Shown here: in pieces, positions 40,740 to 50,273 of the stretch
Layout of the letters: each line of letters opens with the position of its first letter
Numbering within the stretch: position 1 is the stretch's first letter
The notes under the pieces: model-generated
The model's database searches: none
Told to the model about the DNA's origin: nothing
Seen by the model: the letters and a program-made list of their open reading frames with translations, nothing else
Assembly: GCA_019057815.1 (NCBI GenBank)
Contig: JAHLWR010000001.1
Coordinates: 64,001-128,000 of the forward strand
DNA length: 64,000 nucleotides
DNA from: Candidatus Heimdallarchaeota archaeon
GTDB taxonomy: Archaea > Asgardarchaeota > Heimdallarchaeia > Heimdallarchaeales > Heimdallarchaeaceae
Reading direction: 5' to 3'
Position numbers and translations under genes: made by a program

Positions 40740-40920
40740 TAGTTATACCTGCAACATTTTCCTTTCCAAGAAATTAACCTTGATCTACTAGAGCTTTTAT
40801 CGCAATATTTACCTACTCAGGAGCACTAAAAGTTGGTAGACCAAATCTTCTAACCACCTAAAACACTTTAGGTCTTCCAGACCAACAAATGCTATGGTTA
40901 TGGTTTCTCTAGCGCTTATA
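40740..40920 (-). pseudogene. Decayed 3' remnant of an ACD alpha subunit gene
   Basis: Minus-strand translation ...ICWSGRPKVF*VVRRFGLPTFSAPE*VNIAIKALVDQG*FLGKE aligns with the alpha C-terminus in this window (LVGGN..QEDVPCFDSPGRAVRAVGLLTQYAKFLKR); stops at 40858-60, 40813-15, 40774-76. Confidence 0.65.
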
Positions 40921-41002
40921 TCAGTTTCTAGAAAAACTTCTACCACATTCAGTTAAAAAATCTACTATTCGGAATGAAACTTAATTCAAAAAAGAAAGAA
41001 AA

Positions 41003-43756
41003 TTATGAAAAAAGAATGGGAGGAATTCTAATTTCGTATTTTCTAGATATATCACTAGTTGCAAGTCGAAGGATAAGCAGTGTTGTTATAGAAATATTAA
41101 CAACAAGATCTGGTGATGCAGTAAAGACATCACTCCAGTGTTGATCACTGTGATCAGCGCGGAATTTGTAATCACCGGCGCCAACACCAGTAAATAATGC
41201 GTAACCAGAAATATTAGTGTATACATTCTTTCCAGTATATCTGTTTGTAGAAGTAAAAAGATAGACTCTAATATTGATTCCGTGATTACCATCAACTTCA
41301 ACATAGCATAGTATTGTACCTCCACCTAAATCATAATCAAGGATTGTACCATTGATAGCTTCAAACTCTGGTGACCAGAATTGTTTGGAGAGATAATCCA
41401 CACGCCATTTGAAAGTACCGTTACCAATAGCATCAAATTCAATATAACCTGAAGCGTTCAAGTCACGATATATTCCTGTGTAGCTATTTGTAGATGTGAA
41501 GAGATAGCATCGAGCTCCTGTGATAGGTGTATCACTTGCATCATGAGCATACATCCAAACAATACCACCACCGATGTTGAACTCAAAAAGCAAATCTGGT
41601 GTAGCTGCAAAAACATTGGACCAGTATTGTTTTGCCAAATAGTCTGCTCGAAACTTGTAATTAGCTTCACCAATACCGGTAAAAACAGCGATACCAGACG
41701 AGTCCGTATTAGCATATTTTCCAGTGTAACTGTTGCTTTCTGTAAAAAGATAAATTCTGACACCGGAAATATCAATTCCATAGTTATTGGTAAGATGGGC
41801 ATAGATATCCCCTCCACCAAGATCAATGTCAACAATTAATTCATCAGAAGCTGTAAAGATATCCGACCAGAACTGACGGCTTAAGTAATCGACTCTTAGT
41901 TTATAATCACCGCCACTAAGAGCGAATTCGGCTATTCCATATTCATTTGTGTTAGCATAAGTACCAGTATAGCTACCACTGGAGGTGAAAACATATACTC
42001 TTGTGTTAGTTATAGGAGTTCCACCAGCTGTTATATTGGCATAAACTGTGCCACCACCTACATCATGATGAACTATAGCTGTTTCATTGAAGAAAAAGAT
42101 ATCAGACCAATGTTGACTAGCTTGATAATCAACTCTCATCTTATAGCTACCTTCACCTACACCTTGAATCTCAACAATACCGCTTAAATCCGTATTGCCA
42201 TAACGCCCTGTATAACTGTTAGTATCTGTAAATAGATACACTCTCACATTGACTAACGCATTTCCTCCAGCAGTAATGTTGCCAAACAGAGTACCTCCAC
42301 CAATTGAAGCTTGAACAACATAACCATGAGTTGCGTTGAATATTGGAGACCAGAATTGTTTGGCCATGTAATCAATTCGTATCTTAAACCATCCACCTGC
42401 TATCCGCTCATATGTTGCGATACCGTCGTTATTGGTGTTTGCGTAACGTCCAGAATAACTTCCGGATTGTGTAAATAGATATGTTCTAGTGTTTATTATG
42501 GGATTTCCAGAACCATCTGTAACATTAACATAAATTGTACCTCCCCCTACATTAATAGGGATAACACTATTATGTGCTGCTCCAAATGTCTGACTCCAAA
42601 GTTGTAATGCTAGGTAGTCTACTCTAAACTTGTATAGTTGTCCACCTGCTATTCCCAGAAACTCAGCATAACCTGTATCATTTGTTCTATCACTTTTTCC
42701 AGTATAGGAGCCACTTTCTCTGAATAAGTATACCCTTACATTTGTTATTGGATTGTCTGCGCCATCTATAACTTTACAGTATATATCTCCTCCTCCTACA
42801 TCAATTATAACAGATGTTTGATTTGGGTATGTAATTAACGCGCTGTAGTATTGCCCTCCCAAGTAGTCAGCTCTGAAAATATATCTTCCACCTTCTAGTG
42901 AATAAGTTGCTATACCATCTAATCCTGTGGTTGTAGAATCACCTAAATAATGACCGTTATCATCAAACAAATAGGTTATTACAGAACTTAGAGGAGTTGC
43001 TCCAGATTGTACTTTCAATGAGAATGTTCCACCCGTTACTGCTAAGTGGATTAAACCCTCTCCTGGATGGAGAAATGGTTCTGAATAGTAAAGCGATACT
43101 CCACTAATTGCCCTAGCATAGTAACGTCCAGGGAACAGATAAGTTTCAGACATCCCTTGATCATTTGTTAGGTCACCATTATATGCATATTCACCTGTTT
43201 CATAATAAAAATCGACGTTTGCCCCCTCAATAGGTATTGATGAAGCATCCACAAATTCTACTTGTACAGGATTGCCAGTGATTACTGAAATCACTCCGAT
43301 TTCAAAAACATCGACAGCTGCTTCGTTACTAACAATAGTCACTGCCACATCGGATCCTTGTGGTATTTCATCAGTATCATCTTGTTCTGCGATTAACTTA
43401 ATTGTCCTAGTACTCCCTTCCAGAATTGTTCTAGATTCATTAGTAAAGGGAATCCAAGAAGTTTCTTTTGATTCAGTCCCTATAGCTCCAAGAATAATAA
43501 CTTGCGTAATTGTAGCATCTGCACCTCCAGGAAGATTATTTATTTGTAACACCATATAGTCGCAAGAGCCATCATTATCATAATCTCTGAAACTGACTGG
43601 ATCTAATATAAGATTGGGTGACATACTTGAATCTAACATAGGAATTACTACCAGAAAAACGATTGCAGCAGCAGCCAGAGTCAACCCTATGATAAGCACG
43701 GTTGCAACAACTGGAGAAACTGCTTTTTTATTTTTCAAAATTTTAAGAACACTCAA
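41003..43756 (-). CDS. Giant type IV pilin/archaellin-like protein with nine tandem ~81-aa beta-sandwich repeats
   Basis: Class III signal KNKKA|VSPVVATVLIIGLTLAAAAIV; repeats with RVYLF..SYTG..T..G..YKFRVDY..QFWS..GGG. Confidence 0.85.
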   Translation of the reverse strand: MSVLKILKNKKAVSPVVATVLIIGLTLAAAAIVFLVVIPMLDSSMSPNLILDPVSFRDYDNDGSCDYMVLQINNLPGGADATITQVIILGAIGTESKETSWIPFTNESRTILEGSTRTIKLIAEQDDTDEIPQGSDVAVTIVSNEAAVDVFEIGVISVITGNPVQVEFVDASSIPIEGANVDFYYETGEYAYNGDLTNDQGMSETYLFPGRYYARAISGVSLYYSEPFLHPGEGLIHLAVTGGTFSLKVQSGATPLSSVITYLFDDNGHYLGDSTTTGLDGIATYSLEGGRYIFRADYLGGQYYSALITYPNQTSVIIDVGGGDIYCKVIDGADNPITNVRVYLFRESGSYTGKSDRTNDTGYAEFLGIAGGQLYKFRVDYLALQLWSQTFGAAHNSVIPINVGGGTIYVNVTDGSGNPIINTRTYLFTQSGSYSGRYANTNNDGIATYERIAGGWFKIRIDYMAKQFWSPIFNATHGYVVQASIGGGTLFGNITAGGNALVNVRVYLFTDTNSYTGRYGNTDLSGIVEIQGVGEGSYKMRVDYQASQHWSDIFFFNETAIVHHDVGGGTVYANITAGGTPITNTRVYVFTSSGSYTGTYANTNEYGIAEFALSGGDYKLRVDYLSRQFWSDIFTASDELIVDIDLGGGDIYAHLTNNYGIDISGVRIYLFTESNSYTGKYANTDSSGIAVFTGIGEANYKFRADYLAKQYWSNVFAATPDLLFEFNIGGGIVWMYAHDASDTPITGARCYLFTSTNSYTGIYRDLNASGYIEFDAIGNGTFKWRVDYLSKQFWSPEFEAINGTILDYDLGGGTILCYVEVDGNHGINIRVYLFTSTNRYTGKNVYTNISGYALFTGVGAGDYKFRADHSDQHWSDVFTASPDLVVNISITTLLILRLATSDISRKYEIRIPPILFS

Positions 43757-43968
43757 CTTAACAACCTCTTAAAATAACAATGTGAATATTGTTTTTTATC
43801 TTTTTAGTTAGTTTTTTGTGATTGGTTTTAGTTAGATGAATAAAATTTGTATCGAATAGAAAAAACCACTAAACCTAATATTATCGAAATATGGTGATAA
43901 GGAATTGAATATATTAAAACAACTACAAATTCTATATATTAAAAAAAAGAGAAAAAAGGAGAGAATTA

Positions 43969-45837
43969 TCACGTTGAATACTTTCTCTTCAGGAAATAAT
44001 ATCCTACAGCACCTAGAATGAGTATTCCACCAGCTGTACCGAGTATTATTCCTAGTGCATTTGAATCAGGCTCATCTCCATTTGTTGATGTTGTTTCTGT
44101 TGTTTCTACTTCAACGGGATTAACTAAAACCTCTAGTATTTCAATCTCTGAAATATCATACCCAGGAAAATTCGCTTGTATGTTGAAGGAATACTGTTTT
44201 ACTTGAGTAACTGTCATATCTGCTGTAATCCATATAAATTTTACATAACCAGTAGAATTAGTGTTAATAGTAGCAATTACTGAAATAGAGCTTTCAAAAA
44301 CACCATCTTGGGCGGTAATCTGTACAGAAACACCTTCAATAGCTTGTTCATTTGCTGATACAAATACAATTATTGTAACATTGTCTCCCTGAGTTATTGA
44401 ACTAGGATTCGCGTTGCTATCAGTACTAAGCTTGAGTATTATGGGATTAACATGAATACTAATTGATGAAGAATTGCTATTATAAGATTCTTTTATTAAA
44501 GACACTTCAATTTGGTAATCTAGCCCACCTATAGTAGGCTCCAAATCTGATGTGTCCCAGACTACAACAACTATTCCTAACGCAGAAGAGGTAAGTTCAA
44601 TTGTATCTGTTCCAGATCCAACAAATGTACCATCTGGTGCAACAAATGTGGCATTAGCTCCTTCAGTCGGATTACTGAGTTCATTAAGTATAGTTAGAGT
44701 TATTTCTACTAATTCCCCAACTGTTACAGTTGTTATATTAGCCTCCAGTTCAATACTAGCAAACTCATGTACAAGTGGGCTAACAACAATATCATCTTCT
44801 ATTATTTTGACCACAACTACATCAGGATAATTTATCGTTGCAATTATTGTGATATTTATTATTTCAGTAACTTCTGGTGCTGTCCATGTTTCTACATATA
44901 ATCCACTAATATCTGAATATCCGATTATAGTTGTTTCATCATTTACAAAAACTCCACCAAGAGCGTCCAATTCAATTAATGCTCCAGAAACTGGACCGAT
45001 AGTTCCAGAGGTGGTAACAGTTACAGCTACAGCTGATCCTCCACTTACTTCACTCTCTGAAAATTCTAGAGTCGAAGTGTCAAAATCAATTGGGTGTACT
45101 GTTATATTTTGGGAAAGGAATGATGATACAATTTTTCCAAGAAATGTAATAGTTGCTGTAATGTTTACATCAAAAGCAGGTTCTTCACTAATAATAGCTG
45201 GTGCTTGCCATACGACTACTGCTTTTCCCTCATCAGCTGTGTTCACAGAAATAGTAGGGTCACCATTAACTGATGGGAATCCACCTCTTTCCAAACTCTC
45301 AATAGTAACATTCGCTCCATTGATTGTACCATATACGCCCTTAGCTTCTACAACAATAGAAGAGTTGTGAAATTCATAGACTTCATCAAACGTTGCCATA
45401 ACGGTGCTTAAACTAAAATCGATTGGATGAATAGTAATACCATGATTTATGATCAGTTGATCTGATCCCGAAGTGATATTAGCGCTAATTGTGACAACTA
45501 TTGATGATGTTTCGTTATCTGTATCAGGAGCTCTCCAAGCTACTGATACCTCACCTGAAACGTCAGTTATCAGCTCAATCCACTGGCCCCCATTATCTAC
45601 AAAACTTCCAAAAGGAGCAGAGATGTTAACTGTTGCACCTTGAACTAATCCCTCTGTTCCATTCACAGTAACATTGATCAATGTTGTTTGTAAAACATGC
45701 ATATCAGTAACAGCTGAAATTTGACAGTCATCAAGATTTAATGCTTGGATGTTTATAGTGTTAAAATAGAGCATTGATGTACTTAAAAGGATTAGGAGAA
45801 ATAGTTGATTCTTCAAACTTAATTTGCTTATCATCAA
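43969..45837 (-). CDS. Membrane-anchored Ig-like (Big_1/invasin-like) repeat surface protein
   Basis: Signal peptide; five ~105-aa repeats GA.V...A..G.F...T...G.....W.AP; Thr-rich stalk, C-terminal TM, KRK. Confidence 0.78.
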   Translation of the reverse strand: MMISKLSLKNQLFLLILLSTSMLYFNTINIQALNLDDCQISAVTDMHVLQTTLINVTVNGTEGLVQGATVNISAPFGSFVDNGGQWIELITDVSGEVSVAWRAPDTDNETSSIVVTISANITSGSDQLIINHGITIHPIDFSLSTVMATFDEVYEFHNSSIVVEAKGVYGTINGANVTIESLERGGFPSVNGDPTISVNTADEGKAVVVWQAPAIISEEPAFDVNITATITFLGKIVSSFLSQNITVHPIDFDTSTLEFSESEVSGGSAVAVTVTTSGTIGPVSGALIELDALGGVFVNDETTIIGYSDISGLYVETWTAPEVTEIINITIIATINYPDVVVVKIIEDDIVVSPLVHEFASIELEANITTVTVGELVEITLTILNELSNPTEGANATFVAPDGTFVGSGTDTIELTSSALGIVVVVWDTSDLEPTIGGLDYQIEVSLIKESYNSNSSSISIHVNPIILKLSTDSNANPSSITQGDNVTIIVFVSANEQAIEGVSVQITAQDGVFESSISVIATINTNSTGYVKFIWITADMTVTQVKQYSFNIQANFPGYDISEIEILEVLVNPVEVETTETTSTNGDEPDSNALGIILGTAGGILILGAVGYYFLKRKYST

Positions 45838-45995
45838 ATAAACCTCTTAATGGATACTAATCTATAATATAGGTATTGTATCTTTTAATCTTTTTTAATA
45901 GGTAATTTGAAAAAAACGAAAATCCTTGTTCAAGTTTTTTGAATTAGTGATAACTTAATCAATGAATAAGAAAAAAGGGGATGAATTTTCTTCCT

Positions 45996-47885
45996 TCATA
46001 TTAAAACCATTTCATATTTTTCCATTGGGGGAAAGAGCTCAACACCAGTTCGTTCTTTAACTAAATCAATGATATGTTGGTAAAGTTTCCTATAATCAAA
46101 TTCCTTTGTGCTGTTTTTTCCAGGAATCACAAGATTATGTTTCTCACCAACCTCTATTGCTTTTTCGTAACCAGCTGCAGAAAGGCGTAAAATTGCACTT
46201 AAGGGATCCCAAGTGAGAACGCGGAAGAGTTTCTCCTGGGAAATATGTGTCCCATCAGCAAGTATAACTTGTCCAGCATGAAGACTATAACCTACACCTA
46301 CTCCACCACCGCCATGATAACTTACCCATGTTGCACCAGAAAGAGCATTCCCTAGAAGGTTAATCACCGGATAGTCACCTATTGCATCACTCCCATCTTT
46401 CATTCCTTCTGTTTCCCTATTAGGAGAAGCAACAGATCCACCATCTAGATGATCTCTTCCGATTACAACTGGAGCTTTAAGTATCCCATCTGTCACTAGT
46501 TTATTCATTAGCATGCCGAAAGCTGCACGTCCAATGAACCCTGCCCAGAAAACTCTAGCAGGAAGACCTTTCTCAAATGGTATAAATTTATCAGCTAACT
46601 CTAACCAATTAACAAGTTGTTCATCATCATAGAATAATTTCTTCGCATATTGGTCTGTAGTCCTTATATCAGAGGGGTCATTACTTAATGCCATCCACCG
46701 GAACGGTCCCTTTCCTTCACAGAATAAGGGTCTAACATATTCCAAAACAAATCCTGAATAGTTGAAAGCATCTTTTACTCCAAGTTCATATGCTTGTTGT
46801 CTAATATTATTACCATAATCAAATGTCTCTGCACCTTTTTTATGAAGTTCTGTCATAAGGCTAACATGTTTGACTACTGTTTTTCTAGATTTTTCTAGAT
46901 ACTGTTCAGGGCTTTCAGTTCTTAGGATATCAGCTTCATCATAAGTCAAACCTGTAGGATAATAACCATTGAGAAGATCATGTGCGGATGTTTGGTCTGT
47001 AAGAACATGAGGTGTGATATTATTTTCAATAAGATAGCTTAGAAGCTCTACAGCATTACAAAGTACTCCAATAGAAATGTTTTCATCTTTTTCAGCAGCT
47101 TCTTTTGCAATTTTTACGGCTTCTTCTATTGAATCTGTTTTATAATCCAAGTATGGTACTCCTTGATCTCTACCTGTATTGTACATACGATCAATAAGAA
47201 TGGGATTAACTTCTGCTATTAAACCAATTTTTCCACACATTTTAATTGATAAAGGTTGAGCACCGCTCATTAATCCCAACCCAGCACTAACAATTAGTTT
47301 CTTTTCAAAATTCGAAAGCTTCTGATAAGCAGGTTTTCCTTCTGCTGTTTTAATTGCTGCAGCGATCGTTTCATAAGTTCCTTGAATAATCCCTTGCAAG
47401 CCTATAAAAATGAAAGAACCAGCAGTCATTTGTCCATACACAGACAAACCAGCAGCAACAAATTCCTCAAAATTTGGAGACCAATGTGGTACAATAACAC
47501 TATTAGTTATCACACATCGTGGAGCCCATCTAGTTGTCTGCATTTTGCCATAAGGAACACCAGATTGCAAGAAAAGGGTTTCATTTGGTTCAAGAGTTTT
47601 TAGAAGATCTATTGTTTCAAAAAAGGATTTCCAATCTCTTGCTACTTTTCCAGAACCACCATAAATGTATAGGGTTTTCCAATCTCTACCATTATGAAGA
47701 TTTGAAATCATTGCCCTGATAATAGCTTCAGTCTCCCAACCTGCTTTTGTTGAAGGTTTTAAAGCTTCATCACCTTTCGGAAGAGCTGGAATAGCTTCTG
47801 GTATATTATCCATTCTTAATCTTTCTTCCTCTATTAAACGACATTTGCCATCCATAATCTCTTCCATTTTGTTTCGGTATTCCAT
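45996..47885 (-). CDS. hutU: Urocanate hydratase; start probably 47885
   Basis: YGQMTAGS, QGTYET, TDQTSAHD, FDYGN, GPFRW, GRDHLD, SPNRETE, HGGGGVGVG. Confidence 0.94.
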   Translation of the reverse strand: MEYRNKMEEIMDGKCRLIEEERLRMDNIPEAIPALPKGDEALKPSTKAGWETEAIIRAMISNLHNGRDWKTLYIYGGSGKVARDWKSFFETIDLLKTLEPNETLFLQSGVPYGKMQTTRWAPRCVITNSVIVPHWSPNFEEFVAAGLSVYGQMTAGSFIFIGLQGIIQGTYETIAAAIKTAEGKPAYQKLSNFEKKLIVSAGLGLMSGAQPLSIKMCGKIGLIAEVNPILIDRMYNTGRDQGVPYLDYKTDSIEEAVKIAKEAAEKDENISIGVLCNAVELLSYLIENNITPHVLTDQTSAHDLLNGYYPTGLTYDEADILRTESPEQYLEKSRKTVVKHVSLMTELHKKGAETFDYGNNIRQQAYELGVKDAFNYSGFVLEYVRPLFCEGKGPFRWMALSNDPSDIRTTDQYAKKLFYDDEQLVNWLELADKFIPFEKGLPARVFWAGFIGRAAFGMLMNKLVTDGILKAPVVIGRDHLDGGSVASPNRETEGMKDGSDAIGDYPVINLLGNALSGATWVSYHGGGGVGVGYSLHAGQVILADGTHISQEKLFRVLTWDPLSAILRLSAAGYEKAIEVGEKHNLVIPGKNSTKEFDYRKLYQHIIDLVKERTGVELFPPMEKYEMVLI

Positions 47886-48014
47886 AATATCGCCTTTATC
47901 TATTATTAAAAAGAATAGGAAATAAGTTATCAAAAAGTTTACTCTTGGGAGAAAAACTGAAAATGATATCAATTATGCACAAATTATTTATTCTGTTACG
48001 CGAAATATTATTTA

Positions 48015-48515
48015 ATGAAAAAAGTAGTATTTGTTTCTGCTTTTTCACATCTTGGCCCAGAAATTTTAGAAATATATCCAAGATTAGTTATATCAATAGA
48101 ACAAGAAAAAGCAATAGCATTAAAATGCATTCCCATGGGAGGGAAAGAGGGGGATTTCATAACAGTACATGAGGGAGACTTCCAAATCGCTAGTCTTCTA
48201 ACAGTTATTCCAAGTTATATGGAAACAGAGGACAAAAGAAATACTTACGCTTCAGTTGGGTTTTTACTAGATAGTGATATAAATCCAGTTCCTTATAAGA
48301 AACTGCTAGAACAAATAATTGATGCATGTAAAGAACATAATCTGCTCAATGCAAATACTCTCAAAAAGATTCCTCACCAATTGTATAAGATTCTCGAACA
48401 AACTGAAGTTTCTCTTGATCTAAAAGAAGGAATAACAGTTGAACTATCTTTGGAAGCAAAGAAAAAAGACAAAAATGGTTTAGATTTACTTAATGATGCA
48501 CTTTGGCGAGTATAA
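48015..48515 (+). CDS. Stand-alone uDENN/longin-like domain protein
   Basis: F.HLGPEILEIYP...IALKCIPMG matches the F..GP....YP...I....P.G pattern of uDENN/longin N-termini. Confidence 0.55.
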   Translation: MKKVVFVSAFSHLGPEILEIYPRLVISIEQEKAIALKCIPMGGKEGDFITVHEGDFQIASLLTVIPSYMETEDKRNTYASVGFLLDSDINPVPYKKLLEQIIDACKEHNLLNANTLKKIPHQLYKILEQTEVSLDLKEGITVELSLEAKKKDKNGLDLLNDALWRV

Positions 48516-49141
48516 TGATCGAAAATGTCCCACTAATCATTAATATATGTGTTCTAACAACGATTTGCCTAATATATCTCGTAATATTAATATCAAGATT
48601 TGTTAAAAAGCACTTTTCACTAACTTTGATAGGTATTTCTTGGGTATTGTCATATATAGGATTATTAGTATCACAGCTATTTGAAGAAACAATTTTCCTA
48701 GTTCTGACTCTTTGGTGCATTTATCAGTTTTTTTGGTTTCTTCTAGTGAGTAAAGTCTTTTACAACCAAAAATCTCTAGTGTTCAGATCAAGTCAAATTT
48801 TTCTTTTTTCAAGCGCTTTAGGTTTGATAATATCTTTAATTATAGATGATTTGGATAATTTGGACATAATTTCTTTGATAGTCTTAGTTGCATTTCTTAC
48901 TCTACCATCACTAGTTGGATATGTATTCTTAATATCTAAAATGCTAAAATCGAAAAATTATATTCACAAAGTTTTATCATTTAGTGGATTTAATCTTTTT
49001 TCAAATATTACCATTTTCTTTTATTTTACCACTATTATTTACAATATTCCAGTATTAACCATAATTTTTACAATCTCTTATGTCGCTACAGGATGTGCTT
49101 TAGTCTATTATTTGTTTAGTATTTTCATTATAGGGAGGTAA
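48515..49141 (+). CDS. 7TM membrane protein
   Basis: Seven hydrophobic segments; TAATG overlap with the upstream stop. Confidence 0.7.
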   Translation: MIENVPLIINICVLTTICLIYLVILISRFVKKHFSLTLIGISWVLSYIGLLVSQLFEETIFLVLTLWCIYQFFWFLLVSKVFYNQKSLVFRSSQIFLFSSALGLIISLIIDDLDNLDIISLIVLVAFLTLPSLVGYVFLISKMLKSKNYIHKVLSFSGFNLFSNITIFFYFTTIIYNIPVLTIIFTISYVATGCALVYYLFSIFIIGR

Positions 49142-49144
49142 AAA

Positions 49145-49909
49145 ATGTCATCAATTCCCATTGGACCGGTAATTATAGAAGGAATAACTTCGTTTATTTT
49201 ATTAATCCTAACAATTCAAATATTAAGACGTTATTATTCTAAGAAGTCCAAAATCACCCTATTACTGTATCTATATTTTTTGTTTCTTTTTTTAGCAGCC
49301 TTAACAAGTTTTATGGGAAGATTAATAGTATATACTAGAACTCTAGAAGCTTATAATACACGCCCTTTTGCTATTGGAGCTGGTCTTTTTTCTATTATTG
49401 GAATCTTCATCATTGTTGCTTTTGCTCAAAGACTATTCTTCAGTAAAAACAGATTTATTTTACATTGCGTAAGTATATTCCAAGGTTTAAGTTTAGGTTA
49501 TGGGTCATATATCTTGATTAATTATTCAGCTTACGAACAAGTTGAATATGAAAAAATATTGTTTATCATAGCATCTGGAATTCATGCATTCTTCGGTATT
49601 ATTTGCTATGGTTTAGTTTTTTATTTTGCTTTTAAGGCATCTAGACGTGAGAAGGATGTTCTTAGAAAAAGATGTGCAGAAGCAATCAGCATTTATGGTA
49701 TAGTCCATATATCCGCAATGTGTTTCTTAATCTTTGATCCATTATTAGCAAAAGATTTCAGCGATTACACCATTTTTTATTTCATCGGTTGGACGATGTT
49801 GATCATAGCTTGCATTATTGCTTATATTGGATATATTCAACCATGGTGGTTTAAGAAAATAGTCCTAAGGAAAATAAGTACTGATAAACAAGTAAAAGTG
49901 CTAGAATAA
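49145..49909 (+). CDS. 7TM membrane protein (sensor-like, GY..P.W end of TM7)
   Basis: Seven hydrophobic segments, basic loops (RRYYSKKSK, SRREKDVLRKR), GYIQPWWFKK; GGAGG SD. Confidence 0.75.
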   Translation: MSSIPIGPVIIEGITSFILLILTIQILRRYYSKKSKITLLLYLYFLFLFLAALTSFMGRLIVYTRTLEAYNTRPFAIGAGLFSIIGIFIIVAFAQRLFFSKNRFILHCVSIFQGLSLGYGSYILINYSAYEQVEYEKILFIIASGIHAFFGIICYGLVFYFAFKASRREKDVLRKRCAEAISIYGIVHISAMCFLIFDPLLAKDFSDYTIFYFIGWTMLIIACIIAYIGYIQPWWFKKIVLRKISTDKQVKVLE

Positions 49910-49967
49910 GAAAAATAAAAGAAAGTTTAAGAAAAATGTTTCCTAAACTCTATATTCCTGTTTTCCT

Positions 49968-50051
49968 TTAGATTTTACTTGAAATATCTCTTAGTGTAGC
50001 TAGTATTTGTTTTAACAGTTCTTCTTCTTCAAGCGCGGGTGCTGTTTCCAT
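49968..50051 (-). CDS. Possible 27-aa amphipathic micro-ORF or gene remnant (METAPALEEEELLKQILATLRDISSKI)
   Basis: ATG to TAA open frame with a helical, protein-like composition; below the ORF-track cutoff. Confidence 0.3.
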   Translation of the reverse strand: METAPALEEEELLKQILATLRDISSKI

Positions 50052-50273
50052 AATTTTTTAGAAACAATTTTTTTCGCTGAAACATACGCGTATAACAAAG
50101 AACCAAACATAGAGGAAAAAAACAATTTGGTCTAAGAAATACTAAAAAAAGCACTAAATCCGCAATAAAGAATTAATGCGAGTTTTACGCAGTTCTAAAC
50201 TATTTTCAATGGAAACTCTAGAACACATAGGTTTGTCACAAGATATATAAAGATTAGAAAAAAATACAAGTTC

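Noticed and set aside
40774-40860. In-frame TAG codons as possible pyrrolysine readthrough
   Set aside because: A TAA, an apparent frameshift and loss of most of the gene indicate decay; no pyl genes are in the window
41100-43270. Repeats in the giant pilin as a CRISPR array or DGR template/variable repeat
   Set aside because: The repeats are ~243-bp, protein-level and highly diverged in DNA; no identical short repeats, adenine-specific variant pair or reverse transcriptase
44018-45370. Antisense ORFs (62-173 aa) within the Ig-repeat gene, and similar short shadow ORFs across the window
   Set aside because: They lie fully inside well-supported genes on the opposite strand or frame and have no motifs; expected from codon bias
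47886-47972. Hydrophobic N-terminal extension of urocanase suggesting a signal peptide
   Set aside because: It is AT-rich intergenic DNA read through from an upstream alternative start; the likely start is ATG 47885
48515-49909. 7TM proteins as rhodopsins or true GPCRs
   Set aside because: No Lys in TM7 for retinal, and no DRY or NPxxY motifs; only the topology is shared
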